Shown one piece after another: positions 48,726 to 63,146 of a stretch of 64,000 bases of DNA. Position 1 is the first letter of the stretch, and the number at the start of each line of letters is the position of its first letter. The notes under the pieces were generated by a model. It ran no database searches. It saw only the letters and a program-made list of their open reading frames with translations, and was not told the origin of the DNA. Position numbers and translations under genes: made by a program. This DNA is from Gracilinanus agilis. Its lineage: Eukaryota. Location of the stretch: assembly GCF_016433145.1 (NCBI RefSeq), contig NC_058135.1, positions 271,458,546 to 271,522,545 of the forward strand. Direction: 5' to 3'.

Positions 48726-49741
48726 AGTAGATGACCACATCAGTTGTGACTAGTACCCTCAATCTATCTAAATTTTCTCGACTTTTCCTTGACTTTTGTT
48801 ACTATCCCCAAATAAGCTTTTTAATAGCTTGTTTTGGGTTTATGATTCAAAGCTACCAGACAAAGTGACTTCAAACATTTCTTCTTCTTTTTTCTCCTTA
48901 AAATTAAATAGAACACAGCGTTTTAAATCTTAGCAGCCTTTTTAAATCTTAGAGCCAGGGCCCTGAGGCCTCAGCTGGGGAGGCTCTGTTTCTAACCCCT
49001 ACTTCAACTCAGGGAACAAACAACCCAATTAGCAGACCCTCAGGTTTTCACCTGGGTGGGGATTCTATCTTTCAGCTACCTCAAGCAGGCTGCTTTGTTT
49101 CTCAAAAAAGAACAAACAAAAAACCCCAACAACAACAACAAAAAACTAGCTGTGAGGGCCACACCTGGGGAAATGCTTCCACTCCTTCTCAGAGGGGAAG
49201 CAATCCTGCTCCACACTCAAAACAGAATTCCATCTCACAGCCAAAAACCTCCTAAAAAACTGAAGAAAGCTACTGAGCTTAGCTTAATTGGGTTTTATTG
49301 GGGAGAGTGATTATTAAGCTGAAATTAATAAAATTTGAGTTTTGTTCCAATCCTGGAAGTCTGCTTTTCTTTTTTCCAAGACCCACATGTCTGTAGTTTT
49401 AAAAATTTGAGTAAAAAGTAAAAACATGGGGAGGCCAGCTAGAAAAAAAAATGGTGTTTTTTGCCCAAAGAGGGAAGAATATGGTTTTAGCGGTTTTAGC
49501 CTGCAGGGGAAGGAGAGAAAAACTCTATCAAACCATTAAATTAAACTACTTGCTGCAACTCAGCCTCAGGCTAAAGGCTTTGTTTTTTCCATAGGCACTC
49601 ACCCCAGAAACTTAATTGGATTAAGGTTCCTCTAACAAAAGGACCACACCCCAACACCTAGCCAAGGAAAAATCCTAGCTCATGCCATCTACAGACAAAA
49701 AGTAAAATTACAAGCAATTTAACAATTAACTTTTTAAAAAA

Positions 49742-50010
49742 TGTGGTTAGAACTATAGTTAGAAATATCTTGAATCCATAAAACTACATTACCCAAACTT
49801 CCTTTCTGTATCAGCTAGAATGTTTTTCCTTTTGTCTATGTTTGCGAGGTCATGTTATTGTATAAATTCTGAGGCTCTGCCTCATTCTTCCTTTTTTGCT
49901 CTTGCGAGTGAGCTGGGTTAGTACATTTTTAGTTTTTTTGTTAGTTTATTATTAATAAAGATTCATAAAATATAATGCTTAGTTCTTGTATATTAATTTT
50001 AAACTCCACA
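49742..50010 (+). mobile_element. Short LTR of a different family
   Basis: TGTGGTTA...CTCCACA, TATAAA at ~49861, AATAAA 49954-49959; no TSD found. Confidence 0.55.
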
Positions 50011-52832
50011 GAACCATTGAACAGCTTAGTAAATAACTGGGTTTTGTTATAAGGAAAAGAGTAGGAGCAGGAACTGCTGCCAAAGCAGAGGCAGGAAGGT
50101 TCCAGAATTTACGGAAGTGATAGGGCTTAAGATCGGTGCAACCTAGGAATCAGTATGTTCCTAGGGAAAGGAGATCTGGAGATCAGAGATGTCGACTCTG
50201 CAATAGAATTGTACACATTGGGAGAGATTGTCATTTTAGGGGACAATTCTCCAGACAACTAAATAGAAGCAATGGATAAAATAGATATAATAATGGATGG
50301 AGACAAAATAATAATAGCAATACTTATCAAAGGCAGAATAATGTAAATAATTGTCCTAACACTTGTTGCCAAGGAGTCCAGGCACCTGATCTTAATACAA
50401 TGCAGGAGTGGGTGAGATCAGGAGAAGACTGAAATATAGTCAAATAGTGAGTGGTGAGAAGGGTAATCAGAACAAAGAGGCATGTTCATTATGAAAGTGT
50501 ACCCGGGGTTCTCAAGTATTTGGTGAATCAATAGAAAATGGATTTCAGATTAATGATAGTGAGAGTAATGAGGACAAAGTTAATGAACCTGTAAATAATA
50601 TAAAAGAAAGAAATGAAAATGTAATGTTAATAAATGTGAGGAAAAAGAAAATTGTGATGTAAAAATAGTTGAAAATTCTAATGATTTTGTAATAATGGAA
50701 AAGAATGATGTAGAATGGATAAGGTAAATGTGATTGTAAATGAGAACAATGATACTAAGATAGAGGTTAAAGGGACGAATGAGAGTAGTGAAAAATCTGA
50801 TGAAGGTGATAAAGATGTAAAATCCTGGGAATATCATGCAAGTCAAGCAGATGTGTTTGGATGGCCAGGAAATGATTGAGATTTTTACTGTTACTGTGTT
50901 AGCTCCTGTGCTGGAGACATTCCAACCACCAAATGGTACAGAACCACATGTGTCTGGTACAGACCAGATTTGTGATCTTCTGGTTAACACAGGAATGGGT
51001 AAGTCAGTTTTGCAAAGTTTTCCTGAAAAATGTAGAGCTGTTAGAACAATGGAAGTAATAGGTGCTACTGGAAAACCTCAGAGAAGCCAAATTACAACCT
51101 AAAATGATTACTTATTATTATCTGTGGAACATGCCAGAATGCCCAATGAATCTGTTGGGTAGAGATTTATTGTGTAAATTGAGGGTGATGATCCAACATA
51201 CTCAAATTGGTGATGTTTCATTATATCTACCAGAAGAATCTCTGAAAGCCTCTTCCTTGCTTTTCTTAGATTCAATGAGTACAGAGGGTGACTTAGGTTC
51301 AGTTTATCCAATACCTGAGGATATTCCTAAGGATCTTTGGTCAAAGTCTTTTACAAATGTAGGTTTTATTGAAATTAGCAGCTCCAGTCAGGGTGAGGAC
51401 TAAGGGAAGACCAGTTCCTTGTGTACCTCAATATCCCTTGACTACAGAAGCAATTGAGGGAATTAGATCAATCATAGAATCCCTAATCCAACAAGAGATT
51501 ATCATACCTTGATTCTCAGAATTTAATACACTGATTCTTCCTATTAAAAAGCCAAAGTTGGATGAGAATGGCAGACCTGTATTTTATTTTATTCAGGATT
51601 TAAGAGCCGTTAATGATTATGTAATCAAAACTCATCCTGTTGTACCAAGTCCAGCTGCTATAATTTCTTCCATTCCAAGCCAGGCAAGATATTTCACTGT
51701 GGTAGACTTATGCTCAGCTTCCCCCCCCCCCCCCAAACCTATATTTATGAGGATTCTCAAAAGATCTTTGCTTTTAAATGGGAAAAGACACATGGACCTG
51801 GACTCATCTACCTCAAGGGTTCACAGATTCACCAATCCAATTTTCACAAATTTTAAATAGAGATCTTAAAAGAATAAAATTCAAGAAGAATAAGTTGGTG
51901 CATTTTTGTGGAATATATTCTTCTTGTGTCCCCAAATGCAAAAGTGTGTCTTAGGGATAGGAAATGTATAAGCGTGGGCATAAGATCTCCAAGGCAAAAT
52001 TACAATGGGTTTTGCCTTGAGTGCAATATCTAGGTTTTGTGTTATCTGAGGGTTCAAGAAGTATTACACAAAAAAGAATAGCTGATATACAAAAACTGAG
52101 TGCTCCAAAGACCAAAAAGCAGCTCAGAGCTGTTCTTTTAACAACTGGGTTCTGTAGATAGTGGATACCTGGTTATAGTGAAATAACAAAATGTCTTACA
52201 GATTTAACCAGGCACACAGAACCTGAACCTCTGAAACTTAAGCCTGAACATCTGTAAGCCTTCACTAAGCTTAAAGAAGTCATTTTATCTGCTCCAGCTT
52301 TGGGTATCCCAACCTATTCTAAGCTATTTCAATTGTTTGTTAATGAGATCAAGGGAATTGCTTCTGGGGTACTAACACAGACTTTGTGACAAAGTTATTG
52401 TCCTACTGGACATTACAGTTGTCAGCTTGATCCAATAGCTGCAGGTATCATACCTTGTCTAAGGGGGGTAGCTCCTGCTGCTGCTGTGTCCATTGACTGT
52501 ATACTATTCACATCATATAGAAGCACTAATGAGAAAATTTTGTACTCAAGCTTATTCAGTCAAAGAATTTCTAAGTATGAAATTCTTTTCCTGGGTAGTG
52601 AGAATATCCAGTTAAAGAGGTGTAATGTATTAATTCCAGTTATGCTTCTTCCTGATCTACCAAAGAACAGCGAACCATAACATGATTGTGTGGAAGTAGT
52701 AGATCTAGTGGATATGCCTAGGATGGATTTGAAAGACACTCCTATTGAAAATTCAGACTTGGTATTTATTCACTGATGGTTCTTCATATTTGTGTAATGG
52801 AGTTCAATGTACTGGTGGTACAGTGGTAACAG
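50011..52832 (+). mobile_element. Decayed class I ERV gag(3')-pro-pol fragment (element B)
   Basis: LVNTGMGKS (decayed protease), NLLGRDLLCKL, RT QDLRAVN and TVVDLCSA (ORF 51558..51860); ends abruptly in RNase H; many stops and frameshifts. Confidence 0.85.
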
Positions 52833-53399
52833 AATTTGAGATAACATATATCACACAAATATGTAAATAGATATGTACATATATGTAAATAGCATGTATT
52901 ATAGTTAGGGTTGAAAAATTGTATTAAGAGTATGAGTATGTATATTATATATATGTAACGTGTAAATATTGGGTATACATATATGGATAGCATACATGTA
53001 TATATTGTGTGTATAAGGTATGTATCATCTGTATATATAAAAATTATGTATGTAGTTAAAATCTGATACTGATTAAGTTTTTTACATAGGATAGTTAGAT
53101 ACAGTTCTATGTAAAACTTCAGTTTTGTGTAATAGGAATAAGGTTTTAATTTAGACTAAGATTGTGTTAAATTTTCATCTACTTTTGAATATATTTTGCA
53201 TAAGTAAGTTTGATTGAATTGTTTTAACTTTTTTTGTAAAAATTTATGCAAAAACTTGTGTTAATTGTACTTTTTCAAAATTTTCTATTTATATATTACA
53301 ATAATAATAACATTTTTCTGAATTAGTTTATAAGAGTAGTATTTTATAATTTTAATGTTTCACGTGAAGTTTTGTGTTTGTATTTCTATTTTGATATTT

Positions 53400-54245
53400 T
53401 TTGCTTTTGCACATGTTTGTTTTGTACTTTGAACTTTGTAACGTTGTTCATTGTATAAATTTCCTTTTAACTTTCCTTGATTTGAATCCCTGAGAGAGTA
53501 AGGTAGTATTAGAAAGGATAAGATAGGTGAGTGCAGAATGTTTATTATTATGGGTAAGATTTAGTTTAGGTGAGATATGTTTGTTGTGTACAAATACCAA
53601 AATATTGTTTTCAACACTATTTTGGCTTTGTGCAAAGGGGGGGGGGGAAGGAAAAGAGCTAGAGTAGGAGCTGCTGCCAAAGCAAAGGCAGGAAGGTTCC
53701 AGAATTCTAGGGAAGTTATGGGACTTCCTCTGAGAGACCGTTAAAGAAGGAAGTTGAGTGTGTCTGAACTCTTGGGGTGGACCTAGTGAATTTGACATTT
53801 CTCCCTCTCCTGTCGCTGTCCTTTGGATCAAACTACTTGTTCCTGTGTTTCTGTGTGTATCTTGTTGCTGCTGACTGATAGAGAATCCAAAAGATCTGCT
53901 TGTTATACGGACAGACATCTGTCAGTGAGACCCTTTTCCCTTTAGTCCTGTTCCTGCTTTCCTTCAAATCTTACCACCTCTGTTCTTCTAAAGGGAAAAT
54001 TTGGTTAGTGAAGGGTATTTATTGTAGGAACTGAGATTTTTAGGTCAAGAGGTAATTGATAGTGCAGATACTAACTGGCAGAATATAACAACTATATTTG
54101 GTGGGGAGGTTAATTTATATTAGTTAGATCATCCCAATTCCCTTCTCTTCCTTCCCTTAATTAAATAAACCTGTTTAATATCATTTGGGTATCTAGTAAG
54201 CTTTATCCTGTTGACCTTCCCAAACCTGAGCTTCTGGTCCTAACA
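53400..54245 (+). mobile_element. LTR-like segment (5' boundary unknown) ending GGTCCTAACA
   Basis: AATAAA 54164-54169 and terminal CA; preceded by an AT/TA-rich tract. Confidence 0.45.
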
Positions 54246-57200
54246 TTCATTCCTTGACTATCTAAAATTCCCTATACCACCAAGTATCTAATCTAGATAC
54301 TTAATTCAGTTTTCAACAGCATAACCAAATTTAAACAAACATTGTTCCTTATCTATTTAAATTGGCTCATAAGCCTAGAGAACATAATACAATGGATATA
54401 TTCTGCACTGTTCCTGGGTGTGATTGTGATAGTTGGATGTGGAGAGTTTTATCTCTTCCTCTCTCCATAGAGACTTGATAAATACCCTAAGTATACTAGA
54501 GATGCAAATAAGAGATTCATCTCTGCTTCTTCATGCACAATGCATTTCCTGTCCAACCCAACCAACTGGCTTTTCTACTATTCAACAAATTGTAGAGCTA
54601 AAAGCTCACCTCCAGTATAACTCAAGCCAACTGGAAAATATAAAGGAGAGTTATGGGGAGATGTACTGAAAAGGACTTTAAAAAAACCCCAGAGTAAGAG
54701 AGATTTATCTCTTCCTATCTCCTCATTATCAGAATCCCTGTCCCACCCTGTCCTACAAAATTCTACTCCTCCTCCTACTCAACTTATCCCTCCCCCAGTC
54801 CCTGCTGCTGGTCCAACCCCTCCCCCTACACAACCCTTTCCTCTCCCTATCCCTGCTGTTTCCCTAGCTGCTCCCCAATTCATTCCTTCCCCAGTGCCTG
54901 ATACCTCCTATTCTTCCTATTTTGCCCCAGCCCCTTCCCCACTTCATTTTCCATCCTACTCCTAACTCTCATCCTTCTGACCCTCCCTGCCCACAATCCT
55001 TTCCCCTCAGCTTACCTACTCCTCCCCCTCCCCTTACCTGCCCCATTGGAAACCAAACAAGGAGCCTAGAGGCAGGAACATAAAATAATTCAGCTAAAAG
55101 TGTATTCCCCTTAAGGGAAAAGTACCTACCTTCAATAAAAACGGGGATTTGGCGTCTATAAAACACTATTTACCCTTTAACTGTCAAGACTTAAATAGAT
55201 TCAAAGAAGATATCCCATCTTTCAAGGAAGAATGGATTTTAATTGTAAAAAAAATTGGAAAAGTATAAAAAACTTTTGACCCCAATTGGATGGATGTTCA
55301 AAATCTATTAGAAATGTTTCTGACAGAGAGAAAAATAAAATCATCCCTCTTGTCAATCAGAGGCAAGATAGGAGAGTAATTCATTGGCCAACTGAAAATC
55401 CAAATTGGAACTTCAATATTGAAGCAGATTACACAAAACTATACCAGGCCAGAGAAGCATTATTGACAGCTATGAGAGCTTGCTCTGATAGACCTGATTC
55501 ATGGTCAAAATTCAAAAGGATCGTATAAGAAATCGATGAAACTCCCTCTCAGTTTATGGACAGACTTATTGAGATGGGAAACACATATATGGACTTTGGT
55601 TTGTCCAGAAAAGAGACTATTAGACAAATATGTAGACAATTTGTTAAGAATGGTGGTACAGTGGGCAAAGATTACTTTAAAACTAGCTGCCCAAACTGGG
55701 ACTTTATGGATCTTGGGGAATCGAGGAGTGTTAGCAGTCTATGTTTTTAAGGGATGTTCACAAAAACATGAGGAAAACAGTGAATCAGTGGAGGCTGTAA
55801 AGAAAATAAAATGCTAAAAGAAAAACTGAAAAATCAGAGAGAGACCATAGCCCCTTTGCATGAATCCACAAATCAATCATTAAGGAACCTCATGTTACCC
55901 TAAAAGTGGGAAATTCATAATATAATTGTTTATTAGACACTGGAGTATCTAGATCAGTCCTGGTGAGTAAACCAGATGAAAACTTTTAACTCTATTGGCT
56001 CTCTAAATATGTATTAGGGGTATCAGGAACACCTCAAAAGGTCCCAAAACTTTCTCCTTGCATGGTTTGCATGGGCACCTAACTGTAGAAAATTCTTTTC
56101 TTTTAATGCCTGGATCCCCCACAAATTTGCTAGGAAGGGATCTATTATGTAAATTTAAAGTGACAATAATTTGTGCTCCAGACAGGTCTATGTCATTAGA
56201 ATTACCTGAGGAACTTTTATTCATTCATTCATTCATTCATTCATTCATTCATTCATTCATTTATTTGCTTATTTATTTATTTTATTTTATTTTAAACCCT
56301 TAACTTCTGTGTATTGACTTATAGGTGGAAGAGTGGTAAGGGTAGGCAATGGAGGTCAAATGACTTGCCCAGGGTCACACGGCTGGGAAGTGTCTGAGGC
56401 CGGCTTTGAACCTAGGACCTCCTGTCTCTAGGCCTGGCTCTCAATCCACTGAGCTACCCAGCTGCCCCCCTGAGGAACTTTTAAATTTGCTTCCTGTACT
56501 TCTCTCAGAGAGCCAGGAGGTGAAAGAGCCTCCCACCTTTGAAATCCCAGCTGATATCTCCCAAGTCTCTCTGGGCCACATCATCTTCTGATGTTGGCCT
56601 ACTTAAATCAATTGTTCCTGTTCAAATCAAAATAAAAGGAGGTCCAGCTCCCTCCATTCCTCAGTATCCCCTATCAAAAGAAGCAACTGAAAGAATCATC
56701 CCAGTAATAAATTCATTAATTGAACAAGGAATAATAATTCCATGCAAATCAGAATATAATATGCCTATTTTACCTGTTAAAAAGTCAAAAACAGGTCCAT
56801 ATGGAAAAGCCCAATATCAATTTTTCTAAGATTTAAGGGCTTTAAGTAATTATGTCATAAAAACACACCCTGTGGTTTCAAATCCAAACAATAATTTCCT
56901 CTATTCCCAGTACAGCCACTTACTTTACAGTAGTGTGCTTGTGCTCAGCCTTTTTTTCAATTCCTATTCATGAGGATTCCAGAATATATTTGCCTTTACC
57001 AGGAAAGGTTGCCAATGGACTTGGGCCCGTCTACCTCAGTGGTACATGGAAAGCCCTACCCTCTTGAGCCAAGACACAGATAAAATAAAATTTAAAACAG
57101 TAAGTTAATTAAATATGTGGATGATTTGCTCTTGACCTCACCAAATGCCACAGCATGTCAAGAAGATAGTAAACATCTTTTAGAATTACATAAAAGAGGC

Positions 57201-59090
57201 CACAAGACCTCAAAGGCAAAGGTTCAGTGGTATCTCCCTAAAGTGGACTATTTAGGGTTCATTTTAACTGCTGGTGCCCGTTCTATTTTTCTTAACTGCA
57301 TTGAAAATGTTCAAAAATTGAGCACTCCTACCACTAAGAAACAGTTAAGAGCTATTTTAGAAGCAACAGGGTTTTGTAGACAATGGATCCCTTGCTATGG
57401 GGAAATTACTAAGCCCCTTACAGCACTATCAAGAGATTCAGTCCCTGAACCACTTAAATTAGAGCCAGAACACCTGTCAGCTCTATCAAATCTAAAACAG
57501 GCAATCCTGTCTGCCCCTGCTCTAGGCATCCCAGATTCAAACAAGCCATTTACTTTGTATGTACATAAGTGGAGAGAGGTAGCTTCAGGTGTTTTTAACT
57601 CAAACTTTGGGACCTTCCCAGCGCCCAGTTGCTAATTATTTGGCACAGCTGGACCCAGTAGCTTTAGGAGCACCATCATGTCTTAGAGCTGTAGCTACCA
57701 TAGCTTTATTAGGAACAAAAACTGTTGATCTAATATTGGGATGCCCATTAACAATTATGTGCCCACATGAAATAGAAGCATTGTTCCTAAGGCACAGAAC
57801 ATGGGCATTTTCTAACCAAAGAATTACAAGGTATGAAATAACCATATTAAAAAATAAAAATACAACTCTTAATCCTGCCACCTTGCTTCCTGATTTACCA
57901 GTTTCAGGAGAACCATTACATAATTGTGAAACATTACTGTCCATGGCTGAAAAGTCTCAAGATAATCTCCTGGACACTCCCTTAGACAATCCAGATCTAG
58001 TCTTTATTTACTAATGGTTCTTCTTTTATGAGGGATGGCATACACTACACTGGAGATGTTGTAGTCACAGAATTTGCCACTGTGTGGTCAGCTTCACTGC
58101 TCTCAAATACAGCCCTAAAACATGCCTGTATAATTGCCAAAGATAAAAAAGGCAACAATTTATACAGATTCTAGATATACATTTGGAATTTGTCATTCAG
58201 TGGGTATGTTATGGCTTCAGAGAGGATTTTTAACCCCGGCTGGAAAATCTATAGCTAATGCAAAAATTATTAATGAAGTTCTTTCTGCTCTCCAGCTACC
58301 AGAAGTCTTAACTGTAGTTCAATGCTCTGCCCATACAGGTGGCACCAACCCTGTCACTAGAGGAAATGACCAGGCTGCAAAGCTAGCGGCCATAGAAGGG
58401 CTTGAATTAATTTTAACATTAACAACCACTGATGATAAATTCATCACCTTCCTATAATAAAAAGGAAGTGGAAAAATGGAAGCAGAAATTTAAAGCAAAA
58501 CATAAATGGGGCATGGGTGTCATCTGAAGGAAAACCCCTGCTCCCCATAAGTTTCTATCAACAAATTTGCCAAAGTATTCATAAAAATGATCACTTTGGT
58601 ACCCAGGGAATCATGGATTCTGTTAAAAGAGTATGAATAGCTCCTGGTATTACTACTATAGCTGCTAAAGTGTGTGCAGTCTTGCCCTATCTGCCAAGCA
58701 TATAACCAACACACCTTTCATGGCAAAGCTTTTGATGGGCTACCTCTGGCTTACACACCTTTTGAGTACCTGCAAATTGATTTCATAACAATGCCAAAGG
58801 CTGGACATTATAAATTTTGTCTAGTCATAGTGGATCAACTGACTAGATGGCTGGAAGCATTTCCTATTGCCCAAGCCACAGCAGCTTTTGTTGGCAAAGT
58901 GCTTTTATTTTTTTATTTTTGGCAAGGTGCTTTTTTAAAAGAAATTATTCCTCATTTTGGCCTGCCTGTATGTATTGATTCAGACAGGGGAAGTCATTTT
59001 AATGATTCAGTTTTGTTTCAGATATATTCTTATTTGGGGATAACTCCCAAATTCCATGTACCACATCATCCCCAGAGCTCAGGTCAAGTT
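54246..59090 (+). mobile_element. Decayed class I (gamma/epsilon-like) ERV leader-gag-pro-pol (element A), truncated in integrase
   Basis: Gag-like ORFs 55286-55817; protease LLDTG 55930-55944; RT YVDD 57114-57125; RNase H IYTDSRY; integrase LQIDF...DSDRGSHF...HHPQSSGQV. Confidence 0.92.
56220..56468 (-). mobile_element. SINE1_Mdo-type SINE with (TGAA)n tail, inserted in ERV pro/pol
   Basis: 15-bp TSD CCTGAGGAACTTTTA 56205-56219 / 56469-56483. Confidence 0.92.
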
Positions 59091-59630
59091 TTTATTTTTT
59101 TTCCTTTAGACTTTGGCCACCAGGAATGTATACACCCCACCATGCTTAAGGATTAAGTGGCGGGGAAGGAGGTCTATGACCCATGTATGCTAGCAAGTGA
59201 CGAATCAAAACAACTGACTGCCCCCTGGGAAGTCCAGAACAAAAGCTATCATTTGTCCATGTAGAACTGGAGGGTGGATACAGGAAGTGGCACAAAGAAC
59301 TGTCTTTTAAATATGATGGTAACTTCTTGTGAAGGGGATTTTGCCCTTTGAACTTGGCCTTGGAGGAGCTCGGGCTTGAGACCTCAGACTGCTTCCTTTT
59401 GGACTGCCACATGGGTGAGTGAAAAGGCTAACTCCCTTTTTCCCTGGCTTTTCTGGAAGTACTAGTCTCTGTCTCTCTCTCAAATCTTCCTTACTTTCAC
59501 TCTTCCTATTTGTAAATAAACTACCATAAAAGACATTCTGACTTGAGTCTTTCATTTGGAATTGAATAATCAATCCCTGGAGTCCATTACTCTTAAATAT
59601 TCAGCCCAACCATAATTTTTACCCCTTACA
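59091..59630 (+). mobile_element. ERV LTR (copy 2), 5'-truncated, lacking ~140 bp present in copy 1
   Basis: Same 3' end CATAATTTTTACCCCTTACA; AATAAA 59515-59520. Confidence 0.85.
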
Positions 59631-60076
59631 ATCTGAATAACAAATACAGACAATGCCTGTAAGGGGACCCTACCTGAAAGGCAGTCCTACCTGCATAAGG
59701 GAGAGTAAACTTCTCAAAATTCTATATTCCAAAAGGCAGCATAGAAATGAAGCTTTGAGCACACTTGAGATAAACTTGGGTCTGACAATTCTGTATTATG
59801 CTTGGGGATCGTGTTGCTAACATTTAAAATTGATAATGGGGAGGGCAACTCAAGTCTTCCTCGAACTGTTCCTTGACTCCGTTCTCTGAGAACAAATCCT
59901 GAGGGGTCAATGAATAATGTATAACTCTATGGGACAATTTTTATGGAATTTCACTTTTAAATGAAAATCAAGTTAGCCCAATATTTTGTGCACAGGAGGC
60001 ATTCAGATGTTTGTTAAATTAAATGAATCTAATTCCACAGGATTTAGAGTTGAGTTCTCCCACTAGCTCATACTTT

Positions 60077-60280
60077 TTTTTTTTTTTAAACCCTTACCTA
60101 CTGTCTTAGAATCAATAATATGTATTGGTTCCAAGGCAGAGGAGTAGTAAGGGCTAGGCAATGGGAGTTAAGTGACTTGCCCAGGGTCACAAATCTAGAA
60201 AGTGTCTGAGGCCAGATTTGAACCTAGGACCTCCCATCTCTAGGCCTGGCTCTCAATCCACTGAGCTACCCAGCTGCCCC
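60077..60280 (-). mobile_element. SINE1_Mdo-type SINE
   Basis: 14-bp TSD CTAGCTCATACTTT 60063-60076 / 60281-60294. Confidence 0.92.
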
Positions 60281-60438
60281 CTAGCTCATACTTTCTCTGG
60301 ATGAAAACAAACAAAAATACACCCCAAAGTTTTTTTTATCCCTTACTTCATTTATCCCTCTTTTCCTGATCCCCACAAGCAATAAATCCCATACATTCTT
60401 CCCCTTTGTGGAGACAATGACAATATAATTGGTGCCTA

Positions 60439-60651
<213 letters not shown>

Positions 60652-60742
60652 CTAGAGAATTAAAAAGAGAACAAGAGTATAAGGACATTATTAGTAGCAG
60701 AGCAGAGTTTTATTCCCTTTAAGAGGATTCCAATCTCAACTA

Positions 60743-60841
<99 letters not shown>

Positions 60842-61919
60842 CTAAAGAGTTTAAGGACAAGAAGCAAAGTTATGAAGAGCAAAGTTCCCAATGACCCTCT
60901 GGTTTTGTGTTGTTGAGTTGTGTCCCCATTTAATAAGGTTTTCTTGACAAAGCACAACCTGCCATTTCCTTCTTCAACTCATTTTACAGATGAGGCAACT
61001 GAGATAAACAAGGTGAAGTAATTTTCCCAGGATCACATAGCTATGAAGTCTATCTGAGGCAGGATTTGAAAAAACTCCGGAAGGTGAGTTTTCCAGTTCC
61101 AATCCCAGTGCTCTATCCATTGTGCCACCTAGTTGCTGCTTTTGTACATGAATTATAAAGGGCCAACATCTATGATGGGCATAGAGACTGTTGACAATAG
61201 GCCAAGCCAATCCAGATCCTGTGTTAGGACCACTTATACCTCAGAGATGCCCATGTTTCCATTTCCTCAGGCAAGGGCCAGTCAACTAATTTTCAGATGA
61301 AGATACTTTAGGCCCATTTCTCCAAAACACAATAATGACCATCATATTTATTTGAGGGTCTTAAAGCCTAGGAGAAGATACTGAATTTTCTCCTGAGGTC
61401 TAAGAAAAACATTTACATGTGACCTTGGCCCATAAATATAAAGACTTCAATGGATTTAGATGTATAAGAAACTTGGCTTCCACAAAATTCTACAGAAAAG
61501 GAACCCACTATGCCTACCATCTGCTGCCACTGGTAGGGCAGGCAAGCCAGCAGCACTGGAACAGCAACGCATTTTGTGAAACAGAAAGCAGCATAAGGCA
61601 GCATATGTACCATATCCTCTGATGAAGATGGTCTAGTGTCCTGAGCCAAAGAGCCCAGGGAACATCAACCCTTTCCACACTCCCCACCAGTGGCCCTACT
61701 AACTTCCCTTGCCTCCTTAATAGCCACAATCCTGGATAATGCAGAAAGGAAAGCTCTTGACATCAAGGTCCTTGGTACTGTCCAATAGTTCAGCATCAGA
61801 AACCAACATGGTCTTACTCATGGAAACAACATTAAAGAAGATGCAAAAAGATCTTAATGAAATCTCCTTGATGTGCTTTACCACACTAGAATGAGGGCTC
61901 TGCCTAAGGGGATGCTTTA

Positions 61920-62363
<444 letters not shown>

Positions 62364-63146
62364 TCAGAAACCAAGGAAAGACCAACCAAAATCAGAAACC
62401 ACAAACCAGGTGAGGAGGTCTGGGATTAAAGGCAACTCCCAGTACTTCTCCCAGCACCAATGATCCAAGGTCTCAAGGCCAAGGTATGAAAGTATTGTCT
62501 CACTCCTCACTCCAGGGCTAGACACAGCGCTTCCCAGTTTAGAAACTCTCTTCCTATGTGCCCTACAGTGAACGTGTGCAGGGATCACTTGGCACACAAG
62601 TAAATGGAAGTTCAGAGAAGTTGAATGACTTGCCCAAAGCCACACAAAGGCATCAGGGGCTAAGCTGAGTCAAACCCAGGACTCTCCTCCAAGAGCCATG
62701 GATCACTTTGGGTCTTGGGCTGATGAGTTCACAAGGCCTACCTTGAGGGTTTCTCAAAACCCCTAGGACTAGAAAGCAGGATCACATTTAGAGATGCTCA
62801 AGAGCTCTAACCTGAAGGGTCCACCAAGTCAATGCTACAGGTGTTCCAGAGGAGGATCAGGTGGTCTCTCACTAAGAGAAGCATCTCTGTTAGGCAAGAA
62901 ATCATGTCCAGTGTTTGATACAGATATTCGAACTCAAGGACAGAGCCAAACTTTATCAGTGAGGAAGGAATGAAAGCACAGAGGAAGGCCCTGTATTATT
63001 GTAATGGTCAGGTTTGGTGTGGGAGAAGAGTACAAAGTACAATGGAGCCCTCCATTTGGGGAACTAGGTGACCAAAGGAATATTATATCATACATGCTGT
63101 CAGATGCAGCCAAGGTGGTAGGAGTTCTGCTAATGTGATGTTGGTT

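Noticed and set aside
50580-50990. 136-aa hydrophobic minus-strand ORF that looks membrane-spanning
   Set aside because: Antisense reading of A-rich low-complexity ERV sequence between gag and pro
54246-59090. Possible domesticated or intact retroviral gene
   Set aside because: gag, pro and pol are broken by many stops, frameshifts and a SINE; no env found
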